Shown: positions 18,812-29,289, numbered from the stretch's first letter. The stretch is 64,000 bases of DNA from Promethearchaeota archaeon (GCA_048941015.1 JBHLNZ010000010.1:1-64000); one strand, 5' to 3'. Program-made: numbers and translations. The notes: a model not told the origin generated them from the letters alone.

Positions 18812-19531
18812 TTACTTTAAGCTTGTCTTTTCTAATTCTTGCTTTTTCAATGCCTTAAACTCAGTTGCAAAAAATTCGTTCCCATAATGTGAAAATAAGC
18901 ATGCCGCAGGATTATGAGGAGACGATCTATCTTTTGCAATTAAAGTAGTAAATGGCGCTTTAGAAAGATGAGTAAATGTTATATCATGTCCTACACATAA
19001 ACCAATAATAATATTCAGATCTGTTTTATGATAATTTAAAATTAAAGCCTGTGCTGCTGGATTACATGTTATCCAACCTATTTTATAACCTGTTTTAGAA
19101 AACATAGTAAACTCCTCAGGTACTCCAACTTCAGTCTTCTTAACGCTTCCTGTTTTACAACATATAGATAATACTTCAAAACCATATTTTTCTAAAATCT
19201 CAGCAATTTTTTTTGTTTCTTGAAGCATCCCCACACAAAATGCTAATCCTAATCGTTTATATCCCATCCCTTTTGCATATTCTACAGTGTCTTTTAGCCG
19301 TGGCCAATGAATATATCCCTTAGCTTCGACAGTTGAAGCAACTCCTGTTGACAATTTAATAAATTCATCAGTTTGATACAAATTTTTAGCTTCTTTCTCA
19401 ATTTGAGGACTTATTTTCATAGGACAGTTATCTAAAATCTTACTTGCCCTTCCCACAGCACAGTAATTAATGCTATTACATTTATGGCAAGTTGGGAATT
19501 GTTTATTTTCGTTCTCGATTAACTCATTCAT
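18812..19531 (-). CDS. DUF1847 Cys-rich metal-binding protein
   Basis: GLAFCVG, CCKTG, CNP..QA, GLCVGHD, HNP. Confidence 0.88.
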   Translation of the reverse strand: MNELIENENKQFPTCHKCNSINYCAVGRASKILDNCPMKISPQIEKEAKNLYQTDEFIKLSTGVASTVEAKGYIHWPRLKDTVEYAKGMGYKRLGLAFCVGMLQETKKIAEILEKYGFEVLSICCKTGSVKKTEVGVPEEFTMFSKTGYKIGWITCNPAAQALILNYHKTDLNIIIGLCVGHDITFTHLSKAPFTTLIAKDRSSPHNPAACLFSHYGNEFFATEFKALKKQELEKTSLK

Positions 19532-19707
19532 AGCTGATTCCTACTTCACTCTTTAATTATAATGTTAATGTAATATTGTTTATTCTTATTAATAAAATAT
19601 AATTTTAGTCTGACAAAATTCTAGAAAGATGATTACACATAAAGTAAGAAATAAATTATGGATTTAATTTAAATACTTAAAATCTATATGAATTTATTGG
19701 AAAATTT

Positions 19708-20967
19708 ATGAACCAGAATGAACATTTTACTTACGATTTTCGTTCTATGATTAATATTCTCATGTTAAACAGTCTAGGTTTCTTTTTTCTTGACTTCCTA
19801 ATATATTATTTTACAAGTCAGATTTTGAATGCATCTGGTTTACAAGTTGGCTTAATTTTTTCACTAAATGTATTCGGTAACATCTTAAGTTCCACATTTA
19901 CAGGGATTATAACCGATAAAGTTAAATCGAAAACAAAATTGATATTAATTGGCTCATTCGGGCGAGGTATAGCCTATTTTATATTTTATTTCGCTCTTTT
20001 CTATAACTCATTGCCTGGTATTTATATTGGACACTTTTTTTTAGGATTTTTTGTAGGATTTTTTTGGATTCCCTTTAATACTCTAATTGCCCAAAAATCC
20101 CATAAAAATCATAGAAGTCAAGCTTTTGGAAGGAAAGAAGCCGCAGTTGGCAGAGGTTTATTGATCGGTTCAATTTTTGGATTTATTATTTTTAATTTCA
20201 CTATTAGTTTTACTAATAATCCCATAATTGTATATTCTGCAATTCCAGTTTTTGGAATTGCTAATTTCTTTGCTGGGATAAAACTTATTCGAGAAGTAGA
20301 TGAATCTATTAAAATTTCTGAAGACAATTCTCAAAATGACATGACTAAACAAGCTTTGAAGGATACTTTTGCTAGAAGAATGATTTTTGGCTTAATTTTT
20401 ATTTCAATCGTACTGCTCTTAGCTAATATAAATGGCTCTCTTTCAAGACCTTTTCTAAATTTCTATTTATTAGAAGTTATTACAAACGATCCATGGTTAG
20501 CTTCCATAGCATATTTACCTGCAGGAATCATTTCAATGCTTATAGCACCTAAGTTAGGTAAATTTGTTGATAGCATTAGACCTGAGCTTGGAATTTCCAT
20601 AGCAAGTATTTTTGGTGCAATAACAACTTGGTTTTTAATTAATACTAATAATTACATAATATTTTCCATTTTATTAACATTAGATATAACTATTGTTCAA
20701 ACTGCTAACTTAGTAGTCCAAAATCTGCTTAGTAGAATAACATTAACACATAGAGGAAAGATTTTTAGTGGATTTCAGTTATTTATGGGGATTGGAAGTG
20801 TTATTGGCCCAATGATGGGAGGATTAGCATGGGATTATCTTTCAATCACAGCGCCATTTATAATATCTATAATCGTAGAATTATGTTTAATACCATTTTA
20901 TATAATTGCTGTGTTATTTATTAAACCAGTATTAAAGGAAGCTTACCACGAAAAAAAGAATGGGTAG
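19708..20967 (+). CDS. MFS transporter
   Basis: About 12 TM, GIITDK loop motif, IGPMMGG. Confidence 0.9.
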   Translation: MNQNEHFTYDFRSMINILMLNSLGFFFLDFLIYYFTSQILNASGLQVGLIFSLNVFGNILSSTFTGIITDKVKSKTKLILIGSFGRGIAYFIFYFALFYNSLPGIYIGHFFLGFFVGFFWIPFNTLIAQKSHKNHRSQAFGRKEAAVGRGLLIGSIFGFIIFNFTISFTNNPIIVYSAIPVFGIANFFAGIKLIREVDESIKISEDNSQNDMTKQALKDTFARRMIFGLIFISIVLLLANINGSLSRPFLNFYLLEVITNDPWLASIAYLPAGIISMLIAPKLGKFVDSIRPELGISIASIFGAITTWFLINTNNYIIFSILLTLDITIVQTANLVVQNLLSRITLTHRGKIFSGFQLFMGIGSVIGPMMGGLAWDYLSITAPFIISIIVELCLIPFYIIAVLFIKPVLKEAYHEKKNG

Positions 20968-20984
20968 AAAGAATTTCCCTTTTA

Positions 20985-22430
20985 TTATTGAATTACACTT
21001 TCCTTATTATTATTAGAAGTTAGTTCTATTCCTCTTTGCTTTAATATTTCTGAAATTCTCTCAACATCTTTATTAATCCAAATTGCTGCAAGTAGCCAAA
21101 GGAATCCACCAATAATTCCAATACTCATTGTTAATAACACAGTAATCTGATAATTACCACTGAAAAAAGCTAATAAAAATCCTGCTAATATATTACCAGA
21201 ACCACTTCCTATTAATTCTAAAAATTGGTTTGTGGAACTTATAAATCCTTGAGCTTCAGGTAAGTTGATTGCTTGTAGAATGGGAGGTTGATTAATATTC
21301 CATAATCCCATAACACCACGACCAATAAAAATAAAAAGTCCAGCAATCCAAACTATTGGCATCGAAAATACAACAAGCAAATTTAAACCTTCTTCATTTG
21401 AGATATAAGGAAAGGGTAAAAAGAAAATAACTATAAAGAAAAGAAATGTTGTAATAGCAGAAAAGAAAATCATATAAACTCGATTCCTTAGATTTTTCTT
21501 TGCCAATTTATCGGAAATTTTAGCAAATGCTAAAGAGCCAAATAAACCTCCTGGTAATCCAAACAAAATCATCATAATGCTCACTGCGAAGGGTGAAAAA
21601 TTCACCTCCGACTGAATATAGGCAATTACTAAGAAGTCTGGTATGGATATCAAAATTGTTGTAAACAGACCTTCAATAAAGGCAATAAAGTTAGTAGGTT
21701 TTAAAATTGTAGATTTAAAAGACTGATAATTTAGCTTATAATCATATTTTATTTCAGCATTAACTAAAATACCTTTTAATTCTTCATGAGTAGCGGCTCT
21801 TTTCGGTTCAATACCTTTTATAAAGATTAATACTCCAAAAATTATCGCAATTATCCCTAAAAACCAAAAATATTCCCTCCAAAAATAATTCTGAAATAAA
21901 AAAGCGGATAATACCATCCCGAGAATTTGGAATAGTTGAAAGAAAGCCTGTAAAAGTCCAAAAAATTGTGAACGGTCTTTTTCCTCAGTTCTATCATTTG
22001 CATAAGAATTTATTATAGGCCAATTACCCCCAGATGCAAAACTTCGGAGTGAGGTTAAAATTACAAACAAAATCCAAGTTGTATTACCTAATCCATCCGG
22101 AACAAAACCATTAAAAAAAAGCCCTATTCCGAAAATCGTTTGACTGAACGCCATTAACTTAATACGAGAGAATCTATCTGCTAGAATACCAAAAAGAATC
22201 CCAGAAAGAGCCATAGCATACATTGAAATTCCAGCCAAAAACCCAATTTCATAAGAATGAAAACCTTCTCCAGGCCACATGATATTTGATATTATTAAGA
22301 CATTTATGAAAATTGTACTAATAGTAAATGCAAAAGAATTATAAACTAAGAAACTTGGCCATAGTTTCTTTAATAAGAGTTTAAAACCAACCTTCTCTTC
22401 TATAGACTTAATTCCATTATCTAAGCTCAT
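20985..22430 (-). CDS. MFS transporter
   Basis: GILADRFSR motif A, about 12 TM. Confidence 0.9.
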   Translation of the reverse strand: MSLDNGIKSIEEKVGFKLLLKKLWPSFLVYNSFAFTISTIFINVLIISNIMWPGEGFHSYEIGFLAGISMYAMALSGILFGILADRFSRIKLMAFSQTIFGIGLFFNGFVPDGLGNTTWILFVILTSLRSFASGGNWPIINSYANDRTEEKDRSQFFGLLQAFFQLFQILGMVLSAFLFQNYFWREYFWFLGIIAIIFGVLIFIKGIEPKRAATHEELKGILVNAEIKYDYKLNYQSFKSTILKPTNFIAFIEGLFTTILISIPDFLVIAYIQSEVNFSPFAVSIMMILFGLPGGLFGSLAFAKISDKLAKKNLRNRVYMIFFSAITTFLFFIVIFFLPFPYISNEEGLNLLVVFSMPIVWIAGLFIFIGRGVMGLWNINQPPILQAINLPEAQGFISSTNQFLELIGSGSGNILAGFLLAFFSGNYQITVLLTMSIGIIGGFLWLLAAIWINKDVERISEILKQRGIELTSNNNKESVIQ

Positions 22431-22493
22431 TATAGGTTTTCTAAAAGTAGAATAATTTTAATACTTTAGGAGTCCAATTATTAAAAATCTAAT

Positions 22494-23141
22494 TTATCGC
22501 CAAAAATGTATAAAATTTGAAAAGATTGGACCAATCCAATAGTAAAAATCAACCCACCATATATAAGTTAACCCAAGATATAATAATGCGTACAGAAATC
22601 CAAAAAAGAAACCAAATAAGACATCTGTTGGAAAGTGAACTCCTAAAATAACTCTAGAGAGTGCCATAATAATGTCTAAGCCAATAAATATTAATAATAT
22701 AGCCCAACTGTTAAAAAAATAAGCAAAAATAAATCCAAAAAATAGTAGAAAAGTGACATGACCAGAAGGGAATGATTTTTGCTCTGAATCTGACATAATA
22801 TATGGTATCCTAATATAGTCATCATGCTTAGTGACTCCATGTTTTTGAAGGGTAATGAAGGGGCGATTTCTTCTGATAATTTTGTAGCGAATTAAAATAT
22901 GTATTATTATTGATTGATCAAAACCGCCTGTAAAAAGGACAAGGAGATAATAGTCTTTTGTAATATATCCATAAATGAACCAAATAATCCAAACTAAACC
23001 CCAAAAATATAAACTGCCAAAGAAACTATAAATCTTGGCGAAAGTCTTAGTTTTTCTCGAAAAATCGCTCTTATATAAATTAAGAAATGTTTTATGATCC
23101 CATTTTTCAAGCTTTTCAATATATTCCGACAATACCGACAT
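22494..23141 (-). CDS. PAP2 family membrane phosphatase
   Basis: RNRP, SFPSGH, SRVILGVHFPTDV. Confidence 0.92.
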   Translation of the reverse strand: MSVLSEYIEKLEKWDHKTFLNLYKSDFSRKTKTFAKIYSFFGSLYFWGLVWIIWFIYGYITKDYYLLVLFTGGFDQSIIIHILIRYKIIRRNRPFITLQKHGVTKHDDYIRIPYIMSDSEQKSFPSGHVTFLLFFGFIFAYFFNSWAILLIFIGLDIIMALSRVILGVHFPTDVLFGFFFGFLYALLYLGLTYIWWVDFYYWIGPIFSNFIHFWR

Positions 23142-23473
23142 AAATTCAAATAAGAGCAGGATTTGGATAAATTGTATATGTTTGCATTTATAAACGTTTT
23201 CACACTTTTCCTACTACAATTTTTAAAAATCTTTAAGAATATAATTAGTATTATTTTGAAAATGGAACCCAATTCATAAATTTCATAAATAATTTTAATC
23301 AATAAGACTAAATCCTGTTTAGCTTTTTAATATAGGTTTAATAGCGATGAAATTAAACAACATTTAGTAAATTTTTTTGTTTGATCTACTTATCAATTGT
23401 TGAACCTACATAGATTTAAATATGATTCACAATATAAAAATCACAAGCAAAAATAATTTTTTTTCAAAAAAAG

Positions 23474-23983
23474 GTGTATAAAGTGTATAATGGATTCTCA
23501 GAAGAAAGTCTGAAACGAATTGCGAAACAAAAAGTTAATTTTAGGTTATCTGTGAAAATTCACGTTGGTGTTTACGTAATTGTCTCATTATTACTTCTTA
23601 CAATCAATTTACTTTTTACTCCAACATTTTTATGGATATTATATCCATTTTTCGGTTGGCTGATTGGCGTAGCAATGCATTGCGTTTCCTATATAGTCTA
23701 CGCGAGAGGTGTTTTTCCTATGGCTAAGAGAGGTGTTATTTTCCATTTAACGGCATATATTTTTACGATATCTTTCTTATTTATCATAAATTACTTTACC
23801 CTTCCGACATTCTACTGGGTACTATTTCCAGGAATTTTTTGGGGAGCTGCTTTGATTCTTCATATTATTGCTTACTTTGTATACTATCGGGGTAAGGTTG
23901 ATGAGGAAGGAGAAGGTAAATCGCGGAGAGAGAGAGCAATAGAAAAAGAATTAGAGAAAATGAAAAAAAAAATGGAGAAATAA
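23474..23983 (+). CDS. Tandem 2TM-domain membrane protein
   Basis: Two H..(V/A)Y..IN..W..P..W...H repeats and a charged tail. Confidence 0.8.
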   Translation: MYKVYNGFSEESLKRIAKQKVNFRLSVKIHVGVYVIVSLLLLTINLLFTPTFLWILYPFFGWLIGVAMHCVSYIVYARGVFPMAKRGVIFHLTAYIFTISFLFIINYFTLPTFYWVLFPGIFWGAALILHIIAYFVYYRGKVDEEGEGKSRRERAIEKELEKMKKKMEK

Positions 23984-24007
23984 AAAATTATTCGGTGATA
24001 CTCATAG

Positions 24008-24634
24008 ATGTGGCTAGGCAAATTTTTAGATCTAGAAGAAGATATGAATGAAATAAGAAAAAATATTGAAAAGGAGATCTTCAAAAATATTAAAAAAAGT
24101 AAGTTAACACCATTAGAGTTTACTATCATTGAGACTATTTTTAATTATCAACAAATTTCAGGTTATGATTTGATTCGGGTTCTTAATGAACATTTTGCGG
24201 GAACCTGGGAAGCACAATCTGGTACAATTTATCCAATTTTGTCCAAATTAAAAAGAGATGGATTTTTAAAAATAAAGCAAGTTAAAAGTCCTATTGGTCC
24301 AATAAAGAAAGTTTATAACCTCACCGAAGCAGGAGAAGAGTTGTTAAAAGTTAAAGTAAATAAAAACTTTCATGACCAACTAAAATTCGTCGAAAACTTT
24401 TTAACTGAATTATCTTCTGTCTATATTCATTCTCTTCCTCATGAAGAAAAAGAAATTAATCTCAAAGATGTTCAAGATTTAGTAAAGCAGACATTAGAAA
24501 ATGTAATTGCTACATTGCCATCAACTGTAGAATTTAAGGTAATCTGTCCTCAATGTGGAACTGAATTAGAGCGTAAAGATGCTCAATTTTGCCAAAACTG
24601 TGGAACAGCCTTGTATTCTTCTAATGAACCTTAA
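24008..24634 (+). CDS. PadR family regulator with C-terminal zinc ribbon
   Basis: SGYDL, SGTIYPIL, KKVYNLTEAG; CPQCG..FCQNCG. Confidence 0.9.
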   Translation: MWLGKFLDLEEDMNEIRKNIEKEIFKNIKKSKLTPLEFTIIETIFNYQQISGYDLIRVLNEHFAGTWEAQSGTIYPILSKLKRDGFLKIKQVKSPIGPIKKVYNLTEAGEELLKVKVNKNFHDQLKFVENFLTELSSVYIHSLPHEEKEINLKDVQDLVKQTLENVIATLPSTVEFKVICPQCGTELERKDAQFCQNCGTALYSSNEP

Positions 24635-24685
24635 ATTTGAAATATAAATTAAAAAAGTAAAAATAAAAATTTTATTTTTTTATTT

Positions 24686-25957
24686 TCATTCAATATCTAT
24701 TCCATATTTTTTAAAAATCTTGGTTAATTCTTCACCAGCTAAAAGCTTCATAATATCTCCCATTGGAGCTAATACTTCATCTTTAGAAGTCTGTCTATTT
24801 TGACTTATCCTCCCCTCCTTCACTTCAAAAGCAGTTTGACTCCAAGAACTTTCATCATTAAACGTAAACCAAATATCCTTATATGCTCCTTCTTGCCCTC
24901 CGTCTCTCGCTAACGGCTTTTCCTCAATAGAAACCTCAGGATCTTGAAGATAACACCAATCTAAAATTACCCATTCTAATTTTCGCTCAGAATCGGGTCT
25001 ATCAGCAAGATAAATACAATAGGCATGGCCTCCAAGTTCAGAGTCAGAGGGTGCAAAAATAGGGTCAGCCATAACTTGAGCTGCGCATACTTTAACCCGC
25101 CAAGAGGGAATTCCTGCATTTATGAGCAAACTTGCGATGAGTATTGCTCCATCTTCACAGTCTCCAATTTCTGATTGAATTGCTTCGAATGGAAATTGCC
25201 AAAATTCAGGACAATCTTCTGTTTCATCATCATATTTATACTTGAGGAAGTTGCAGACGAAATTTTGTATCATGTGTGCAGTTTCATTGGGTGTATCCCT
25301 TCTTAGGCCAACTTGAGTGATAACATGCCATAGGATAGCATCATCCTTTTTTAAAAAAGTCTTAACATCAGCATCGATTTGCTTTTTGTATGATTCACCT
25401 CTCAATGCTCTGCCCGTATAAATTATTGGTGCTTTTTCCCATTTATTTTCCCAGTATTCTGGGCCATATTCACCATAATCTTTTTCAAAAACTTCAATGG
25501 GTTTATAGTCTGGTATTTTTGGTATCTCTGGAGTTGGAACAGGTTCTTCTTCTGGTGTTGTCTTTTTTGGTACTCCTGTTAGTTCTTTTGCTTTATTGAT
25601 CCAGCTTTCAACATTTTTTATAGCGGGAATTTTAGATAATACATTTGGTCGTTCGCTTTTAAGTTGCTTTAATCTTTCTAAAATACTTTTTGGATTCCTC
25701 CGAGCAAATTCTTTAACTGAATCGACGCCGATTAAGTTTAGAGCGTTTGCTATTTTCGGATCAACTCCTTGAATTCTCATTAAATCAGCATGCTCTTGCC
25801 AAGTATCAAGTGTTCTAACAGAAACCCCTATACTTCGCGCTAACTTTTGAATCTGATATGCTGTTAATGGCAGTAAATCTTCAACTTCTCTAATTCCTGC
25901 TTTCGATAGAAGTTTCGCATGTTTTTCTTCCAAACCAATAATATCAGTTAACTTCAA
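24686..25957 (-). CDS. DUF4332 (HhH-like) domain fused to transglutaminase-like cysteine-protease domain
   Basis: ADLMRIQGV..L..GVDSVKE; Pro-rich linker; GDCEDGA, GHAY, ILDW triad. Confidence 0.8.
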   Translation of the reverse strand: MKLTDIIGLEEKHAKLLSKAGIREVEDLLPLTAYQIQKLARSIGVSVRTLDTWQEHADLMRIQGVDPKIANALNLIGVDSVKEFARRNPKSILERLKQLKSERPNVLSKIPAIKNVESWINKAKELTGVPKKTTPEEEPVPTPEIPKIPDYKPIEVFEKDYGEYGPEYWENKWEKAPIIYTGRALRGESYKKQIDADVKTFLKKDDAILWHVITQVGLRRDTPNETAHMIQNFVCNFLKYKYDDETEDCPEFWQFPFEAIQSEIGDCEDGAILIASLLINAGIPSWRVKVCAAQVMADPIFAPSDSELGGHAYCIYLADRPDSERKLEWVILDWCYLQDPEVSIEEKPLARDGGQEGAYKDIWFTFNDESSWSQTAFEVKEGRISQNRQTSKDEVLAPMGDIMKLLAGEELTKIFKKYGIDIE

Positions 25958-26081
25958 ATTATTTACTCCTTAAGATATTTCATCAATTAAAATGAATTAG
26001 ATTAGTAATAATATTTGCATCCTATTTAATAACTTTTTTCTAAAAATAGGAGAATAAAGGAATTGCTAAGTTGTTTTTTAA

Positions 26082-26537
26082 TTATTTTTGCGCTCTCTTC
26101 TTTTTTCTTACTAAGATAATATAATACACTAATACACCTAAAAATGCCCAAAAAAAGAATGAAATTATCCAACCTATGATCAAATCGAGGCTAAGAACTC
26201 CAAATACAAAAGAAAAGCAAGCAGCATACTCCAAGACAATATATGGAATATGTTGGCTCAATTTCGATCGAAAATCAATTTTGAATACTCTATCAAGTAA
26301 GAATTCTACCATTAAATAACTTAAAATCAAGACAAGATAAATAAAAAATTTCAAATCTTTTCCAACTATCAAGAAGTTTATTAAAATGACAGATATTGGT
26401 ACCATGAGGAAAGCTAGTATTATTCCAAAGATTAATACAGTTCTCGTCTTATCATTAGCCATCAAAATTAATGCACTAATCATTGATACGAAAAAAATGA
26501 AACCTGAAATAATAAACATCCATTCAAACAAATCCAT
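26082..26537 (-). CDS. Uncharacterised membrane protein
   Basis: About 5 hydrophobic helices, basic C-terminus. Confidence 0.65.
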   Translation of the reverse strand: MDLFEWMFIISGFIFFVSMISALILMANDKTRTVLIFGIILAFLMVPISVILINFLIVGKDLKFFIYLVLILSYLMVEFLLDRVFKIDFRSKLSQHIPYIVLEYAACFSFVFGVLSLDLIIGWIISFFFWAFLGVLVYYIILVRKKKRAQK

Positions 26538-26555
26538 ATTAGACTCGCCACAAGT

Positions 26556-26569
26556 CTAGTTTAAACTAG
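26556..26569. promoter_or_regulatory. Perfect 14-bp palindrome, candidate operator
   Basis: CTAGTTTAAACTAG, 18 nt upstream of the ATG at 26537. Confidence 0.35.
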
Positions 26570-26653
26570 TTAAATTTAGCAATATTACATCCTTTTTAAA
26601 TATTTAATCAAAAAAAGCGATATAAGTGTTATATGCGTTCAAATTCCCTTAAA

Positions 26654-27475
26654 TTAAGTAACATCAACATGTGATTCAATACGGGCAATTAATTCGTTAA
26701 TTCTGCTATAATCGTCTATAGTTATTGTTATTGCATCATTAGGGCATGTTCTTTCGCATCGTCCGCATCCTACACACTCTGTTTGATCGATAAATGCTTT
26801 TTGATCAACCATTTTCATTGCATTATAAATACAAACTTTAAAACATTCCCCACAACCAGTACATATTCCTTTGTCTACTTCTAATTCAACACCTTCCATC
26901 CTCTGTAAAAATTTTAGTGCAGATGACCCGTATTTCATAGCACTCAAAATGCAACAACATGAACAACAATGGCAGAGCGACATAAACCGGCCTTCGTCAG
27001 GTAAAGCTTCATATTTTACTGAGTCAGGGCGAAGTCGACCTAAATGAGGAACTAATCCATTTTCATAAGCTAGTCGTTCTCGTTCTAATGCTTCTTCTAC
27101 AGTCGCAACATGAGCATTAGGCCATCTTGAAAGGTTTATTCTTTTTGTAGCTTCACCTAACCATGTACATCCCAGATGCACATCATGATTTTGGCAATTA
27201 TTGGCTAAACGACATCCACAATCCATCAATACGATATGACTTGCTCTTTTAATAAAATGCTCTGTTACAATTAAAGGTAATACTTTATCTTCATAGCTTC
27301 CTAAAGATACATTTATAGGGATTGGAGAGCCATTCGAATTTTTCATGTCAAAGAATCTTTTCGCAAAGAATTTTATAATGGGAACTTTTGTTAGCTTTAT
27401 AAACTTTTTATAACGATTTGCACGAGGAGTATTTATTTCAATAGGTTTTAAATCAATAGCTTGAGATTTTTTCAT
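26654..27475 (-). CDS. Iron-sulfur protein with C-terminal 2x[4Fe-4S] ferredoxin domain
   Basis: CGCR, CHCCSCCC, CTGCGECFKVC, CVGCGRCERTCP; likely start MKKSQ at 27475. Confidence 0.88.
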   Translation of the reverse strand: MKKSQAIDLKPIEINTPRANRYKKFIKLTKVPIIKFFAKRFFDMKNSNGSPIPINVSLGSYEDKVLPLIVTEHFIKRASHIVLMDCGCRLANNCQNHDVHLGCTWLGEATKRINLSRWPNAHVATVEEALERERLAYENGLVPHLGRLRPDSVKYEALPDEGRFMSLCHCCSCCCILSAMKYGSSALKFLQRMEGVELEVDKGICTGCGECFKVCIYNAMKMVDQKAFIDQTECVGCGRCERTCPNDAITITIDDYSRINELIARIESHVDVT

Positions 27476-27582
27476 ATTAAATTTCCTTATTTTACATATT
27501 CTACCACTTAAATTATATTTATGCGATAACACTATTTAAATTTAAATATAGAAAAGAGAAGTTATAAAAAGAAATTTAATCA

Positions 27583-28674
27583 TTAAATAGTTAATTTTTT
27601 TTCTAGAGTATGACGGTCTTCTTTAAGAATTATTAGTCTATTATCATCAAGTCTAATATTCAATCCCCTTTTATTAATAAAATCTATTATTGCGTATTTA
27701 ATTTCAGAAAAAGTAAACTCTAATTCAGGTTCTTTATATTTAATATAACCAACGACATCTTTTAGCAACACTGAGGTAGCTATCATAGAAAAGGTGTTTA
27801 GTGCAATATCAATTATATTGTTTAAATTTGATTTCATATCAACCTTTCTTTTAGCTTCAAGAATTTTTTCTTTAAGTTTTCTTATATTTTTAAATTTGTC
27901 GTTAATTCCTAAACATCTATTACAAGAATCTAAAGCAAATTTATACTCTCTTGCTATGTAATAGGCTTCTGCTAAACTCTTCCAAAGCGTGCAATCTTTA
28001 ATTTGGTTGTCGACTAAATAATTATAAATCTTGTTAAGATTACCATATGGTATGTCATATTTCCAATCGATTTTTAAAGATTCTGCAAAAAGTTTAGTTG
28101 CCTTTTCATATTCATTCTTATTGAAGTAAGTCCATCCTAAATTATTATATGCAATTTTACTAGGCTCGAATTTCAATGCTTTTTCATATGCATCTATTGC
28201 TTTTTCGTATTCTCCAATATCATTAAATGCTAAGCCGATATCAATCCAGTTTCCTGGATTTACGGGATCTAATTCTAAAGCTTTTTCTAGCACTTCTATA
28301 ATTTTATGGTATTCTTTTTTATCATTTAATATTTTGATTAAATTAATAAGAGCTAATTCATAAACCGGATCGATTTCTAAAGCTTTTGTGTACCTTTTGG
28401 CAGCTTCATCTAATTCTCCTTTGCATTCTAATGCATAACCAATATTATTTAATGCTAATTTTGATTTAGGATCAATTTCTAATACTTTTTCATACCATTT
28501 TATAGCTTTGTCATATTCTTCTTTGTAGCGATAAGATAAACCAATTCTTATCATGGCATCAGTATTATCTGGTTTAATGCTTAATGCTCGTTTAAATGAA
28601 TCTATAGCTTGATCGTATTGACCTCTTTCGTGGAACAACTTCCCTTTCTCAATCCAATCTTTTGCTTTACTCAT
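27583..28674 (-). CDS. Tetratricopeptide repeat protein
   Basis: About 7 TPR units (A...Y.KAL..DP). Confidence 0.92.
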   Translation of the reverse strand: MSKAKDWIEKGKLFHERGQYDQAIDSFKRALSIKPDNTDAMIRIGLSYRYKEEYDKAIKWYEKVLEIDPKSKLALNNIGYALECKGELDEAAKRYTKALEIDPVYELALINLIKILNDKKEYHKIIEVLEKALELDPVNPGNWIDIGLAFNDIGEYEKAIDAYEKALKFEPSKIAYNNLGWTYFNKNEYEKATKLFAESLKIDWKYDIPYGNLNKIYNYLVDNQIKDCTLWKSLAEAYYIAREYKFALDSCNRCLGINDKFKNIRKLKEKILEAKRKVDMKSNLNNIIDIALNTFSMIATSVLLKDVVGYIKYKEPELEFTFSEIKYAIIDFINKRGLNIRLDDNRLIILKEDRHTLEKKLTI

Positions 28675-28828
28675 AAATTTTCTTCACTTTATTATATTAA
28701 TATCCACAATATAAAATTAGGGTTTTATAATTAATATTTCACTATTATAGATTCTAATCTTATTAGCATCACGGATCTACTGGACAAAAATATATAAAAG
28801 ATTTTAGGATTTAAAAAAAAATAAAGAG

Positions 28829-28977
28829 TGGCGGGGGGGAGAGTTCCAATGTTAGGGGCAATCCCTATCAATTTTGAACTCCCGAAGGCCTTTGCCACTG
28901 GATCTTAAGTCCAGCACCTATATTCGGTCTTGACCCATTTTAAGACACGACCATTGACCAGACTCGGTAACCCCGCC
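28829..28977 (-). tRNA. tRNA-Leu(UAA) with two introns (about 28920-28953 in the D-loop; 28843-28872 in the T-loop)
   Basis: Acceptor GGCGGGG/CCCCGCC+A; anticodon arm CTGGA-CTTAAGA-TCCAG; long variable arm; T-stem GGGAG/CTCCC; removing 34 and 30 nt leaves 85 nt; CCA not encoded. Confidence 0.93.
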
Positions 28978-29289
28978 ATAAATTAGGCGTGATATTCAAA
29001 TTCGTAATTCAACCTTAAGGAACGATTTTTTTAATCTCTTAGGTTTTATTAGTAATATTGAAAAATTTTAGTTTTAATTTAAATTTTTACCTTGACTTTT
29101 GGACTTCTATGATTAATAATTGTATCAATGGAACAATAATTTGATTTAAAGCTTAATTATATTATTGTAAAGTCAATAGTTAAATAGAAAAGATATTATA
29201 AAAAAAATAAATATAATTATAATAAAAAGATATTAAAATTATAGCTAAAGAAAAAATAACCATATAAAATAATTTTAGAGGTTGTAAAC

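Noticed and set aside
22994-23302. 102-aa ORF overlapping the PAP2 start
   Set aside because: Composition mirrors AT-rich intergenic DNA; overlaps a real gene in another frame.
28675-29289. Integrated element at the tRNA
   Set aside because: No integrase, no duplicated tRNA 3' end seen, flanking genes look chromosomal.
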